64,000 nt of DNA. It comes from Chrysomallon squamiferum (taxonomy: Eukaryota; Animalia; Mollusca). The notes under the pieces were generated by a model, which ran no database searches, was not told where the DNA came from, and saw only the letters and a program-made list of their open reading frames with translations. The translations under genes and the position numbers were made by a program. Below are positions 26,401-38,600 of this stretch, one piece after another (within the stretch, counting starts at the first letter, position 1; every line of letters begins with the position of its first letter). The stretch lies in contig CM022675.1 of the NCBI GenBank assembly GCA_012295275.1, forward strand, positions 6,138,001 through 6,202,000, in the 5' to 3' direction.

Positions 26401-29400
26401 TGCTGGAACATGGAGCTGATCCTTTTTTGACAGACTGTGATAACAATTCTGCTTTATACTTAGCAGCTATGTATGGAAAAATTGAAGTTGTGACAGAACT
26501 GATTGAAAAAGGTGTTGAAGTAAACATTAAAAACAGCAGAGGTGAAACTCCTCTTTATACAGCTATAAACATATGTCAATATGATACATCCTTTGATGAT
26601 AAACATTGCGAAATAATTATGTATTTACTTGCACATGGAGCTGATCCTAATTTAACAGACAGATATGACAATTCTGTTTTACACTTAGCAGCTGAACAGG
26701 GACATATGGAAATTGTGACAGTTCTGATTGAAGAAGTTGCTGAAGTAAATATTGTAAACAAAGAACATAAAACTCCTCTATATGCAGCTGTATACAACAG
26801 ACAGAATGAAGTTGTAGTTTATTTACTTGAACATGGAGCTGATCCTAATATAACAGATGGTGATAATACATCTGTTTTACACATAGCAGTTAAACAAGGA
26901 AATATAGAAATTGTGACAGCACTGATAAAAAACGGTGTTGACATGAATATTAGAAACAGTGAAGGTAAAACTCCTCTTTTTACAGCTGTTCACTACAAAC
27001 AGAACGATGTAGTTTTGTATTTACTGGAACATGGAGCTGATCCTAATTTAAAAGACAGTGACAACAATTCTGTGTTACACTTAGCAGCTAAACAGGGAAA
27101 TATAGAAATTGTCAGAGCATTGATTAATAAAAGTGTTGATGTAAATATTAAAAACAATAAAGGAAAAACTCCTCTTCTTACAGTTATGAACCGCAGACAG
27201 TACAAAATAGCTTTGCATTTACTGGAACATGGAGCTAATCCTAATGTAATAGACAATGATAAGAATTCTGCCTTACATGTAGCAGCAAAACGTGGATTAA
27301 CAGCAGTTGTGAAGGCACTTGTGGAAAAAGGTGTTGATGTAAATACTCCTAATGCAAGGGGACAAACACCTGTCGAGATGGTTGGTGGTAGACGTAGGGA
27401 AAAACAGAAGATTGTTTCCTATTTATTGAGTCATAGTGCTAAGGAAAATTAAATGATAAAAAGTGTTTTGTATAAATATAACTACTAATAATAATATTTA
27501 CTGCATCATGGAGACAAATGTAATTTGACTGGTGACAGGAAAATTGATGACTTGTTCCAAAATGTGAAAAATGACTTTAGATAGAACTGTTGTTGAGATC
27601 ATCATCTATAAAGTCAGACCAAAATTTCTAAGACATCTCCAACATTGACAAAAATATGTTCCGAATCCAGGTTTGTCAGTATAGACATATTGGAGAAAAT
27701 TGACTTTAAAGAAGTTGTGTCATTTGCGATGTGTGCCGTTAGCAACCACTTGTTTATTGTCAAAAGTCAACAAAATTTCACACGAATAATAAGTGAACTA
27801 ACTGTGAAAGCTAAATAGTTCCTTCTTTATTTGTAATGCTATTCATATAGGAATTATATTTTAAAAATAATTTCAACAAATTAATTTAGATTTAGCTGGA
27901 CTCAAATAAAGTTTAATAAAAAAGATTTCTTTAAAACAAAAATAATATATATATATATATGTTTTTAAATTCAGTTATTTTTCTTTCCTGAAAATATTTC
28001 ATCATAAAGCAATATAGAAATAATTCTATGAAAAATAATATTCTCTGAAATAGTTTTTGATATTTAGAAACAACAACAACAAAGAAATAAATGTGATTTT
28101 TATATTGATAAACTGTATTTTGGTCAAAGATTTCATAATGGGATTTTCCATCATTTATTTTGAATGCGTTTTTCTACTTTCTCCAATTATCTGATCCTTG
28201 ACAACAAAAACAGTTCATTCCTTTAGAGATTCTAATAAATCGATTGTGTTCATCTAGCACTATCAATATAATCATCACTGATCTTGTCAGTCCCATTCTG
28301 GTTATCTGAATCATCATGAATTGAAACTCCATATTCATCAATACCTTCGTCAGAATCTGACAACAAACTATTCACTTGGGCTTTGTTCTATGTACATAAT
28401 GAACAACGTTCTTGTAAATGAGGATTCAAAACAGAAGTATGTTGGGGATATCCCAAATGGGAGATGGGGGAATAATATAATTTTAAAAATGTGCTTTTCT
28501 TTATTTGGTTTACATAAAGAATGATCTTTATATAAAGAATCATCTATAATTAATGATGATTATCAATAGGACAGGGTTACAAAGCAAATACATCTAAGAG
28601 ACATTTCTTCCGAACTGAAAACAACAACAAACAAACAAACTACTTTATTATTAACTGTAAACTGTTATAAATCATTTAGCAAATGAAAGTGAAATACAAA
28701 ATTACTTATTTAAGCATGTGTTTTTTGTGAAATGCGATGCTGTCTTTAGAATACCGAGAAAGCTTAGCACAGAGTTCATACGCCAATCAGCATACTGGAT
28801 ATGCCACACCATCATCTGTATCTTGGCAACAAGACATTTTGTTTATCTTTATAAATTATTATTTACTTTCGTTGATCATGATATCACTGTTAATATGATA
28901 ACAACTATTATAAAATGAGACACAAGATATTTCTGGCTTTTCAGTGATAACAGGATATCGGGGATATCCCTGATAGAAGGACCAAGATTATTATAATAAT
29001 ATTTTGTTCTTAGTTTTGTTCAGATAAATAATGATGATTGTTAGTAAGAGACGATTACTAATTGCAGGTGTTAGACAATTTATATTATAGATACATTAAC
29101 AAGACTGAGAATACTTAAAACAGAAGTGATATTCCTGTTGCTACTTTTGTATTTTATGAGTGACAACTGACTCAGTTTGCTGTCTCGAATAACATTTGAC
29201 TGAATTCTTCTTCCCATTTTGAAACAGATTATTTAATTAAATTAAATTAATATCCCAAAATAAATGTTCAAATAGTTTTGTTTGAAACAGATGTGGATAA
29301 TAATGAATATAACTGTTGTTGTGAAGGAAACTAATTTATGTTTGTAATTTCTGAGGTATGAAGTTTATCTTTATTATGTAGTTCATTCTGATAGACATTG

Positions 29401-30841
29401 ACTTGTGAAATATTTTTAACTGTTTCATCTGGCTTTATTGTTTAAGTAATGTTTTCAGATAGTTATATCTTAAAAATATGAACATTTTTAACTGACTGGT
29501 TTTATCTAATTTCTTATTTTTTATGTTACTCAGTGTATTTACTGTAAGTGCACTTCAAAAGTGAAAAAAAATTCTTGATATATATATGACGTCATTTTAT
29601 TTATGTTTTTCATTATTATTATTATTATTATTATATGTTTTTTTGTATATATTTAAAACATATCTGTCTCTTTGTTATTACTACTACTACGACTAATACT
29701 ATTTTGTTGATTTATGATGTATCTAATCCAGATATGATTCCAGTATATTTTCCTCTTGAATGTATATTGTTTTTATGCATAATAATAATTGTTTTGACTT
29801 TGTTAAAATATTTCAGTTGAAACTTGAATGTGTTTACTGAAAGTACACTTTGAAATTGAAGACACGTATTTTTTGAAGACGAAAACAATAAACAAAAACT
29901 TTCTAACCCTAACCCAATTTTATTATTTTCATTAATATCATTTTTATTTGTTTATTGTTTTTTTAATATTTTTTTTGTTTGTTTTTTTTTTTTTTTTTTT
30001 TTAACATGATTTGGTATTAGCTTTTATTAATTACTTAGAATTGTTTTTTCTTTTTGTTGTATTGTTTAAAAAAGCTTTTTTTATCTTTTGCTGTTGTTGT
30101 TATGACTACTACTACTTTGTTGATTTATAATATATTTGATCCAATTATGCTTCCATTACGTCTTCCTTGAATATTTTCTCGTATTTTTAATTTTTATGTT
30201 CAGTTATTGTTTTCCCTTTGTTAAAATACTTCAGTTAATGACATATTAAATTTGCATTATTCCTGATGTTTTATCACATACCAACCTTAACATATAATTT
30301 TTAAAATTAAACTGCATTTTTCCATTATAATACTTGTGTATCTTATTGATTGTGATGCAAATAATTTGTTTAGTTATTTTCAAGAACTGTTTCTTATTAT
30401 TATTATTACCTTGGTGTAATTTTGTAGATTATTCCTAAAGTAATTTGCTTAATTATTTAATTAGTTTTCTATCCTATTATTTCTAACAATAATTTAGTAT
30501 TCATTTAGTTACTATTTACATTTGTTGATTTAAGTAATTATTTCAAATGTATCAAGAAAGTAAATGTGTTAATTTTCTTATAAAGTTTAATTCACGTAAG
30601 AATTAATAGGTTTGCAGTCACAGAAGTAAATAAATAAAAACTGATTTACACAATCATCAAAGATAAAATATTACAAAGTCTATTTCTTATGAGTTTGTCA
30701 TCAAATGAAAAATAAACAAGGATTTAAGGTTTAATTACAGCATTTATAATCGTTTCATTTAAGGAATCGCAGCTTAGTGTTTTTGGTTGAGCGAAACTAG
30801 TTTTACTTTTATGATGATGATGATGATGATGATGATTATTA

Positions 30842-30872
<31 letters not shown>

Positions 30873-30875
30873 TTT

Positions 30876-30911
<36 letters not shown>

Positions 30912-31190
30912 TTATTTATTTTATTGTAAAATTAATGTTTAGTGTTTTGTTTTGTTGTGTTGCTTCTTTGTTCTTGATTTTTTGTGAGGTTTTTAAATTG
31001 AATTTCTTCTCATTGATAGCACCCATGTTAGCTACACAATTATATGAACACACATATAAATTAATAAGAATAACAGTTCTATGAAAGTGGAAATAAATAG
31101 AAATGTACAAATTATGTAGATTTCATTGTTACTATTATCATTTTTCTATACATTTTAATGTGTATAAGTTAAATTAACCTTCTAACACTA
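20420..31190 (+). repeat. Tandem segmental duplication, copy A (copy B at about 35200-48895)
   Basis: Colinear, high similarity of introns, exons and several kb of 3' flank, for example 27453-31190 versus 44246-48895. Confidence 0.92.
20799..27452 (+). CDS. NLR-like gene 1: acidic N-terminus + RHIM-like motif + nSTAND3-type P-loop NTPase + ankyrin repeat array (about 1809 aa). Exons 20799-20949, 21549-21665, 22091-22123, 22324-27452
   Basis: All junctions are GT-AG, phase 1, in frame and conserved in gene 2. Walker A GCPGSGKTT; Walker B CIILIDDIFG (the DDxFG motif typical of nSTAND3); FIHQSVFD in the winged-helix position; then many GxTPLxxA/SxLHxAA...LLEHGADPN ankyrin repeats. The ORF-track start at 22323 is really the tgcag|TG acceptor. 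Confidence 0.88.
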
Positions 31191-32179
31191 TTAGAACATG
31201 AATATGCCAAACTTAGATATTTTAGGATAAAGTTCAAGAGAAATTTTCATTGTAACAGAAAGGCATCATCTTCTGCAAGAAACTTCCAGTTTGGTTTGCT
31301 TTATATAAATTATTAGCTGCTGCTTGGACAGTCATTTTTCGAAAATGTTATTCCATTTCTTTAATAAGGTGTAAAGTAGAGACTATTAAGTAAAAATATG
31401 CTAATAAGAAAAAAAAGAAAATGCATGAAGATAGATATTAAACCACTTCTTTGTCCCTATTGTTAGTTTTTCATGTCGGAGATCCTGTATTGTAAACGTT
31501 TAATTATGATATTGTAAATATATTATATTGTAAACACTTAACTGTTAAACATATAATTTTATACTGTAAACCCATAGATTGTTTCATTGCAAAGTATAAT
31601 TCACTGTGCGCTTCTCATTGCTATATTGTAAACATATAGCAGTCATGTTGTAAGCATACAGCTGTTTTATTACAAAGATGTAACTAGCACACAGTAAGCA
31701 TATAATATAATGTAAATACAAAATCGTTATATCATTAACAAATAACTTTTGTATTTTAAAGATATACATTTGAATTCTAGACATATAACTGTTATAAGGT
31801 AAACACAATTACTTTACTGTAAAAATATTACTAATTTATTATTAATGTGTACTTAAATAAATAAAGAAACAAATAAATAAATATTAAATACATAAATAAG
31901 TAAACAAAACAAACAAACTAAGAAACAAACAAATAACACAGGATAAAAATATTCATAAAAAACTTCACATTTGTCTTCATACAACTTCGAATTGTAAAGA
32001 CGTCGATTTCAAGATAACTGTATAATTATTAGAATCAATAAAATTAAAACGTTTATTTAGCCTTATGTTATTTATTAAACTATTTGTGACCTTGATACGA
32101 ATGTCAGTAAAGAAATAAATCAATAATTATCACACATAAACAATGTAATCGGGAGTAACCGGGTACAAAGTACACAAAA

Positions 32180-32319
32180 TAATAATCTCGAGGATTCACG
32201 CGACTTTGAATCACGCGATTAAAATGGCGGCTTGTTTTCAGGCGGCTGTCATTGCGCAAACTAAAATGAAAAGATTACAAGGAATTTGTTAGTTAATTTC
32301 TTCTATTTTGAAGGTAAGG
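32180..32319 (+). promoter_or_regulatory. Putative promoter / first-exon module upstream of gene 2
   Basis: Homologous to 4800-4941; YY1-consensus AAAATGGCGGC at 32221-32231; donor AAG|GTAAGG with GT at 32314. Confidence 0.5.
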
Positions 32320-33509
32320 GTATATTTAATTTATTTCTTTATATTCAGTTTCATTTTTTAATGTTATGTTAGTGTATTTACATGCAATATTAATTATAGC
32401 TCATGAGCCATGATGGGGGCGTGGCAGAAATATTTTACACAAACATATTACACACCATTAATGTATTTAAAATATAAAAGTAAAATATCTTCTTAATTAT
32501 TACTTCTAATTGTTTACGTGTATCGTGTAATTAACAGACACATATAAAAAATCGAAACGATGTTTGTTAATTACAATGAAAAGTGACTGAGCTGTGAGAT
32601 TTTTAGTACTGGACGTCTGGGACCGTATGGGAATACCGTAGAAAATAATGAATTTCGAAATAAGTCACCCGTCTCTTAGAAATATCAGTTACAAAGACAT
32701 TTGTATCACTAGGCGGGCGATACTATTATTATTATTACTTAGAAGAAAGGATTGTCATGTTCATTGTTTTCTAAACATACAAAACTTACAAATTATTAAT
32801 TGCTAACGAAGATAAAAAAAAGTCAAGATATTACTTGTCAAATGCTCAGATATTTTAGTACTATTCATTTTGAAATATTTATTTTCCATTGTTTCTTTCT
32901 TTGCTGTGTTGTTGTTGTTGTTGTTCTTCTTCTTCTTATTCTTTATTTAAATCAATTAACAACAATGTTTGTATATATACATACATATATATATTTGTGT
33001 GTATATGGATGTCTGTGTTTGTGTACAAGTGAAGATATATCTGCGTTTTCTCAAGGTATTTTCAGTTTTACTAAACATATAATAATGCACCAAATTCTGC
33101 ATCGAAAACAATATTGTGGTTGAAATTCCCTTGACATTTGAAATTTCAGTGTTGATATTGTCTTTTGTTTTAGAATGATTACTCTGTCATTTTTAACTGG
33201 CCTCCTTGTGAGATAATCTTGAGACAAGAAAAAACACAACATTAAGGAAAATGTTCTTCTTTTATACAGTATTTCTAGCTTTTCTATATAGTGTGAAGTT
33301 CCATGTGTATCGAAATAATGATTCGAAGATAATGGCCGTTTATCCTAATTACTAAAGATTCATAAAGGTATGGTTACAAAATGTCCTCCCCAAAAGAAGT
33401 TTTCTAGTATATTTTATGTGGTTCTTTAGAAGAAAGATGAATACTTAGTTAACTGATGATTTTGTGCACAAATCCTAAAACCAATATAAAATTACCTACT
33501 ATATGAAAT

Positions 33510-33876
33510 ATTGAAATTGTGACAACAGTTATTGAAAAAGGTGTTGTTGTATTTAAAATCAATGCAGGAAAAATGTCTCTTCTGATAGGTTATCACTACA
33601 AATACAATAAAGTAGCTTCGTTTTTACTGGAGCATGGAGCTGATCCTCATTTAGCAGACAGATATAACAATTCTGTTTTACACGTAGCATTTGAACGTGG
33701 AAATATTGAAATTGTAACAGCACTGACTGAAAAAGGCAGTGATGTAAATATCAAAAGTAACAGAGGTTAAACTCCTCTTCACAGAGCTTTAAATTCTGGT
33801 ATATATCAGCATCATCCTGAATGTCGTGAGGAACACTAGTGTGTTGTTTTGTCTTTGCTGGAACATTGTGCTGATT
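33510..33876 (+). pseudogene. Orphan ankyrin-repeat fragment of the same gene family
   Basis: Translates EIVTTVIEKG...LLEHGADPHLADRYNNSVLHVAFERGNIEIVTALTEKGSDVNIKSNRG*TPLHRALNSGIYQHHPECREEH*CVVLSLLEHCAD, with two in-frame stops and no NTPase part. Confidence 0.85.
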
Positions 33877-33905
33877 TATTTCTTTTCGAAACAAAGGAAA
33901 CACAA

Positions 33906-33963
<58 letters not shown>

Positions 33964-34462
33964 GTAATAAAATAAAACAAAATAAATAAAGAAAGAAAGA
34001 TTTTAATTCAGTGTTTCCATTTCCTGAAAAGCATTAAATCATAAATTAAAACAGAAATAATCATTTGTTATATAATTTCACATATATTAACAAACAAGTA
34101 AGTGAAATGTTCTGAGAAGAGGAAAAAAAATCAAAATCCAATAGATAAAATCATGTTGAATCCTTTATAATTACTCCTTCAGTTGTTTGTCTAGATTTAT
34201 CTAGATAATAAGCTGTAAAAAATAAATAAATAAATAAATAAATAATGTACATTCATTATTATAATACTAACACTTGAGAGACTGTGTACATGAACCAGAC
34301 TGATGACGTTATCGGAGAACTCAATAAAATCTGTCATCACTACAATTAACAAAATGAAGGGAGAAATGATTGCTGAGTCACTATGCCTTGTTTAAAGATT
34401 CACCTATTTACCAGACGCAAAAGTTGAATTGTCAAAGAAAAACAAAAACAATAATAATAATA

Positions 34463-34529
<67 letters not shown>

Positions 34530-34554
34530 TTAATGAGAATAATCATAATAATAA

Positions 34555-34585
<31 letters not shown>

Positions 34586-35591
34586 AAATAAACTAAAAAG
34601 TAAAATAATAACAGTAATCATGATCATAATAATTATTATAATTATTATGATTGCTTATGTGCTCGCTAACGAGGTACGGGTCATAGGAGAGATCGATGAA
34701 GCCTGCTTGTTCATTTTCCTCTGTCTCGTAGTTCGTTTAATCGTCTGGTCCTCTTCTTTTACTCTTTCACATCCTCTCAAACAATCGAAGTATACACGAT
34801 CAAATTCTAAAAACATTCAGTGCTGTTGTTTGTTTATATTTCTCTTATCTAGGTCGGCTGCCATGCGACGTGCATGCGTTTATTTATAGGTTTATTTAAT
34901 CAGTTGTCACTGAACCAATGAGATCAACAGCTTGGGCATGACCTTCCCTTTTCTACCACGTGATCAAAATCGTTTCACTACTGAGTTTTAAAAGGTGTGC
35001 GTTCTAAGCAAATTAACAGGTGGAAAATATTAAAAATAATAAAAATAAATGGTAATTGAAAATTATATAAAATAAAAATAAAAATCAACAATAACAATAC
35101 AAAACCCCCTAAAACAAATACATTTGTTTTGAGCCATAGACGCCCAGAATAACGAAAATAATAATAATAAAATTTAAGATGTGTAATACTTATGTTTTAT
35201 TATCAAGTCACCTGTATATCGTAATTAAATAATTAACGTGAACCTTAACTGGTGTTGTGTTTATTTCTCTAGTGGACAAATAGACTTAATGATTTATAGA
35301 GATTGCTGTCCATTTAGCGATTACATTCCTTGCTAGGTGGCCATTAAAGCACCTTCTTACCCTAGACTGAGCCATAAAAAACCCATACAAGGTGTTTAAA
35401 GATGTGAGCCTCCTGACATACACATATACACACCTATGTGCATGCGTGTGTGTGCGTGTGTGTGTTTAACAGAATCCAATGTCACAATATAACAACTTGA
35501 ATATGTTTTAAAATCTGTAACTTTTTATTTTTTATTCTTATTATCTTATTTGCTTTTCTTTATTTCTTTATTATATATACACACACAGAGA

Positions 35592-35623
<32 letters not shown>

Positions 35624-35681
35624 TGAATGTAATATCAACAATCTATCAGTATGTAAACTGATATTTTACACTTCAGCCAAT

Positions 35682-38600
35682 ATGGATGATGAAAAAGAGG
35701 ACAACACCACAGCTGCATCTACTTCTGATTCAGATGATGAAAAACAGGACAACATCACAGGAGCAACTACTTCAGGCATGGATACTGCACAGCCACAAGT
35801 GTCAACAGTCACATCTTGTAACGGTAATTAATAGCACAGTAGTTTACTAATTTGATGGGCAGGTCAAACCAAACAAAATTAATTTGTATAAATGTAACAG
35901 TGCAGTTTTTCAGTATATTGTTTAATCTCAAGCAGTTATTGTTTATTTCTGTTGTTTTTACTTTCACTTTAAAGTGTGTGCTGACAATTTTATGGTTATA
36001 ACACTACTGAACAGACACACTTCTCTGATTTATATTCATAAAAAATTAACAATTCAAAAACTTGTATGTCCTGCAAAACACACACCAATTACTATTTTGA
36101 TTACAATCATGACTGTTGTAATTATTTTTGAATTTACTTTTGTTTATTTTAATACTGTAAAGTAATACTTATTTTTTAGCACCTACAAAAATAATCAGTT
36201 AACAAACAATATTAAACCGATTTTTTTTATATAGTTATATTTTAAAATAATACATTTTATTAATACTGTATCCTGTACAGTTCTATATATAGATAAAAAA
36301 AAAATGTGTAGAAGTTGTTTCTAAGCTATGCGTTTAAGTCAGTTCATTTACCATTTTACAGATCACACAAGAACACAGAGAGTGACAGAACCAAATGTAA
36401 ATATCAGCTCAGTTCAGAATTACTATGCCCTATCTCATAACAAAAATGTTGTAATAGGAAATCAAATTGTGAACACTAGTAAGTTAAAAACTGAAGGGTT
36501 TTGTTCTAGCAAAACTGATAGATAATCATTAGTACTTTTCTACAAGACTCTGTGATCAGAACAACACACAGACACACACGCACACACACACACACATCCA
36601 CACACATCACACACACATGCACACATATTTCTAAATGGTGTGCATGTTTCAGTGATTTTAAAAGAGCATTAATAAACATTGAAATGCTACGAAAAGTATA
36701 TATAAAACAACAACAATGACAAAATCAATTAGAACAATAAATAAATTAATAATATTTTCAAGAAACAGCAACAGTAGCAGTACTGATTATAGTAAGATCA
36801 ATCAGAAAGATATAAAAATAATGTTACACATTTGACCTTTTATGACTCAGCTGTAGTGTAATTGTACAGGTTGTTGTTAATAATTCTTGTTTACTTGTAA
36901 ACAATAGAAAATTATTGTTTTTATTTTTATATTATTTCAGTAAAGAGTGATGGAAGAGCATCAAATATGAAAGGTGATTTTTTTTCCTTACATTGTTTTG
37001 AAAAATGACCATTAATAATATGATAATCATCTAGTTGCTTTTAATCTTAGCATTGATGAATAAATATTATAAACTAATTCTTACTAAGAAATAATAAAGT
37101 TAATGTTGATATAGTACAAATAATTATAAAATAGTTTATAATAGATTCTAACATTTTTTAATTTTTTCTGATGCAGTGTCTACAACATTAAGGATAAACT
37201 CAGTTGACTGGAATCTCTATGTTGAAACAAGAGCAGAAGAAATAGGTGTTGAAATTTTGAAGAAGAATGGTGTCGTGATTGTAATAGGCTGTCCAGGTTC
37301 AGGAAAGACAACTCTAGCTTTGAGCATGATGAGACAGATAGAAAAAGAAGAGAAAAGAGAATCTTACTTGCTGACTCATCACACTGAATTCAATGATATC
37401 CCTGTATCTAAAGATAAAAAATGTATTATTCTCATCGATGACATATTTGGTAAAACTAATCTCATTTCAGATTTTAGGCTGTCATGGCAACCAAAATTTC
37501 CGACGGTATGGAGTCTTGTTCAGGATGGTTCTGTGAAATGTATTATTACCTTACGAAATCAAATATTTGCAGAAAGTAAAAGCAGTTTGAAGGAATTTGA
37601 TCTGTTTAATGAGAAACATCTTCTTGATCTGCAGAGTTCTGAATTTTGTCTTAGTAGGGATGAAAAGAATACAATTTTAAACAAATATCTCAAACAAAAA
37701 GATGTTACAATGGAGGAAGATGACAAACGGGAGGTAATTTACAGAGCATGTACAGAGTTAGGATTTCCTCAGGTATGTGTTTATTATGTTAATTCGACTG
37801 ATGCACAAAAAAGAGGAGTTGAGTTTTTTAAGAAACCTGTAGAATATCTCAGTGAACAATTGGGAAATATGAAAAATGATCAATCCTCACAGATCACTTA
37901 TCTGGTTCTACTGCTGATCATGTTTCAGCAAGGCAGTCTCAGTATTGATTTGTTGAACCCATTTGGAAATGAATGTGACATAATGAAATTAGTAAGAGCG
38001 CTGGAGGGTGCCTGTCTGAGTTTAAAACACACTAGTCTCACACATATAAAGGCAACAGCTGATGTAATGTGTGGCACCTATTTGAATTGTTACAACAATA
38101 GATACACATTTATTCACCAGTCAGTGTTTGACTCTTTGTTTCTGATGTTTTCATCAGAATTTCCAAAGAAAGCAGCAGAGTTGCTAGCAGTGTGTCCTGT
38201 CTCCATGTTGTTAGAATATGTTGTGACACCTGGAGTGTCTAATAAAAGTCACATTACAATGATTGTGCAACCTGACTGCTTTGATGTTCTTGCTCGCAGA
38301 TTTACTGACTTGCTGGCTTCAAGCAGTGCCAGAGAAATTATTTCACATCCGTCACTGAAAGACGAAGAGTTTCTAAAATATCTCATTGAGAAAAAATACT
38401 TCTATGGTAAATTGTCCCAAATACTGCATCAGAATCTTCATCGAGTAAGGCATTATTTAGCATTTGAGGTATGTGAAGATTTCCTTCATCAATTTGAGAA
38501 AATTGTACATTTCAATGACAGCGATTCAAAGTGCTGGAAATCATCCTACCGGTATTTGAGAGTTAAAGAAAGGAAGATGTATTCGTCATCTGTTGCAAGT

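Noticed and set aside
23536-27256. Antisense ORFs inside the ankyrin genes (also 38918-43950)
   Set aside because: Shadow frames of the repetitive + strand coding sequence, with no independent protein signal.
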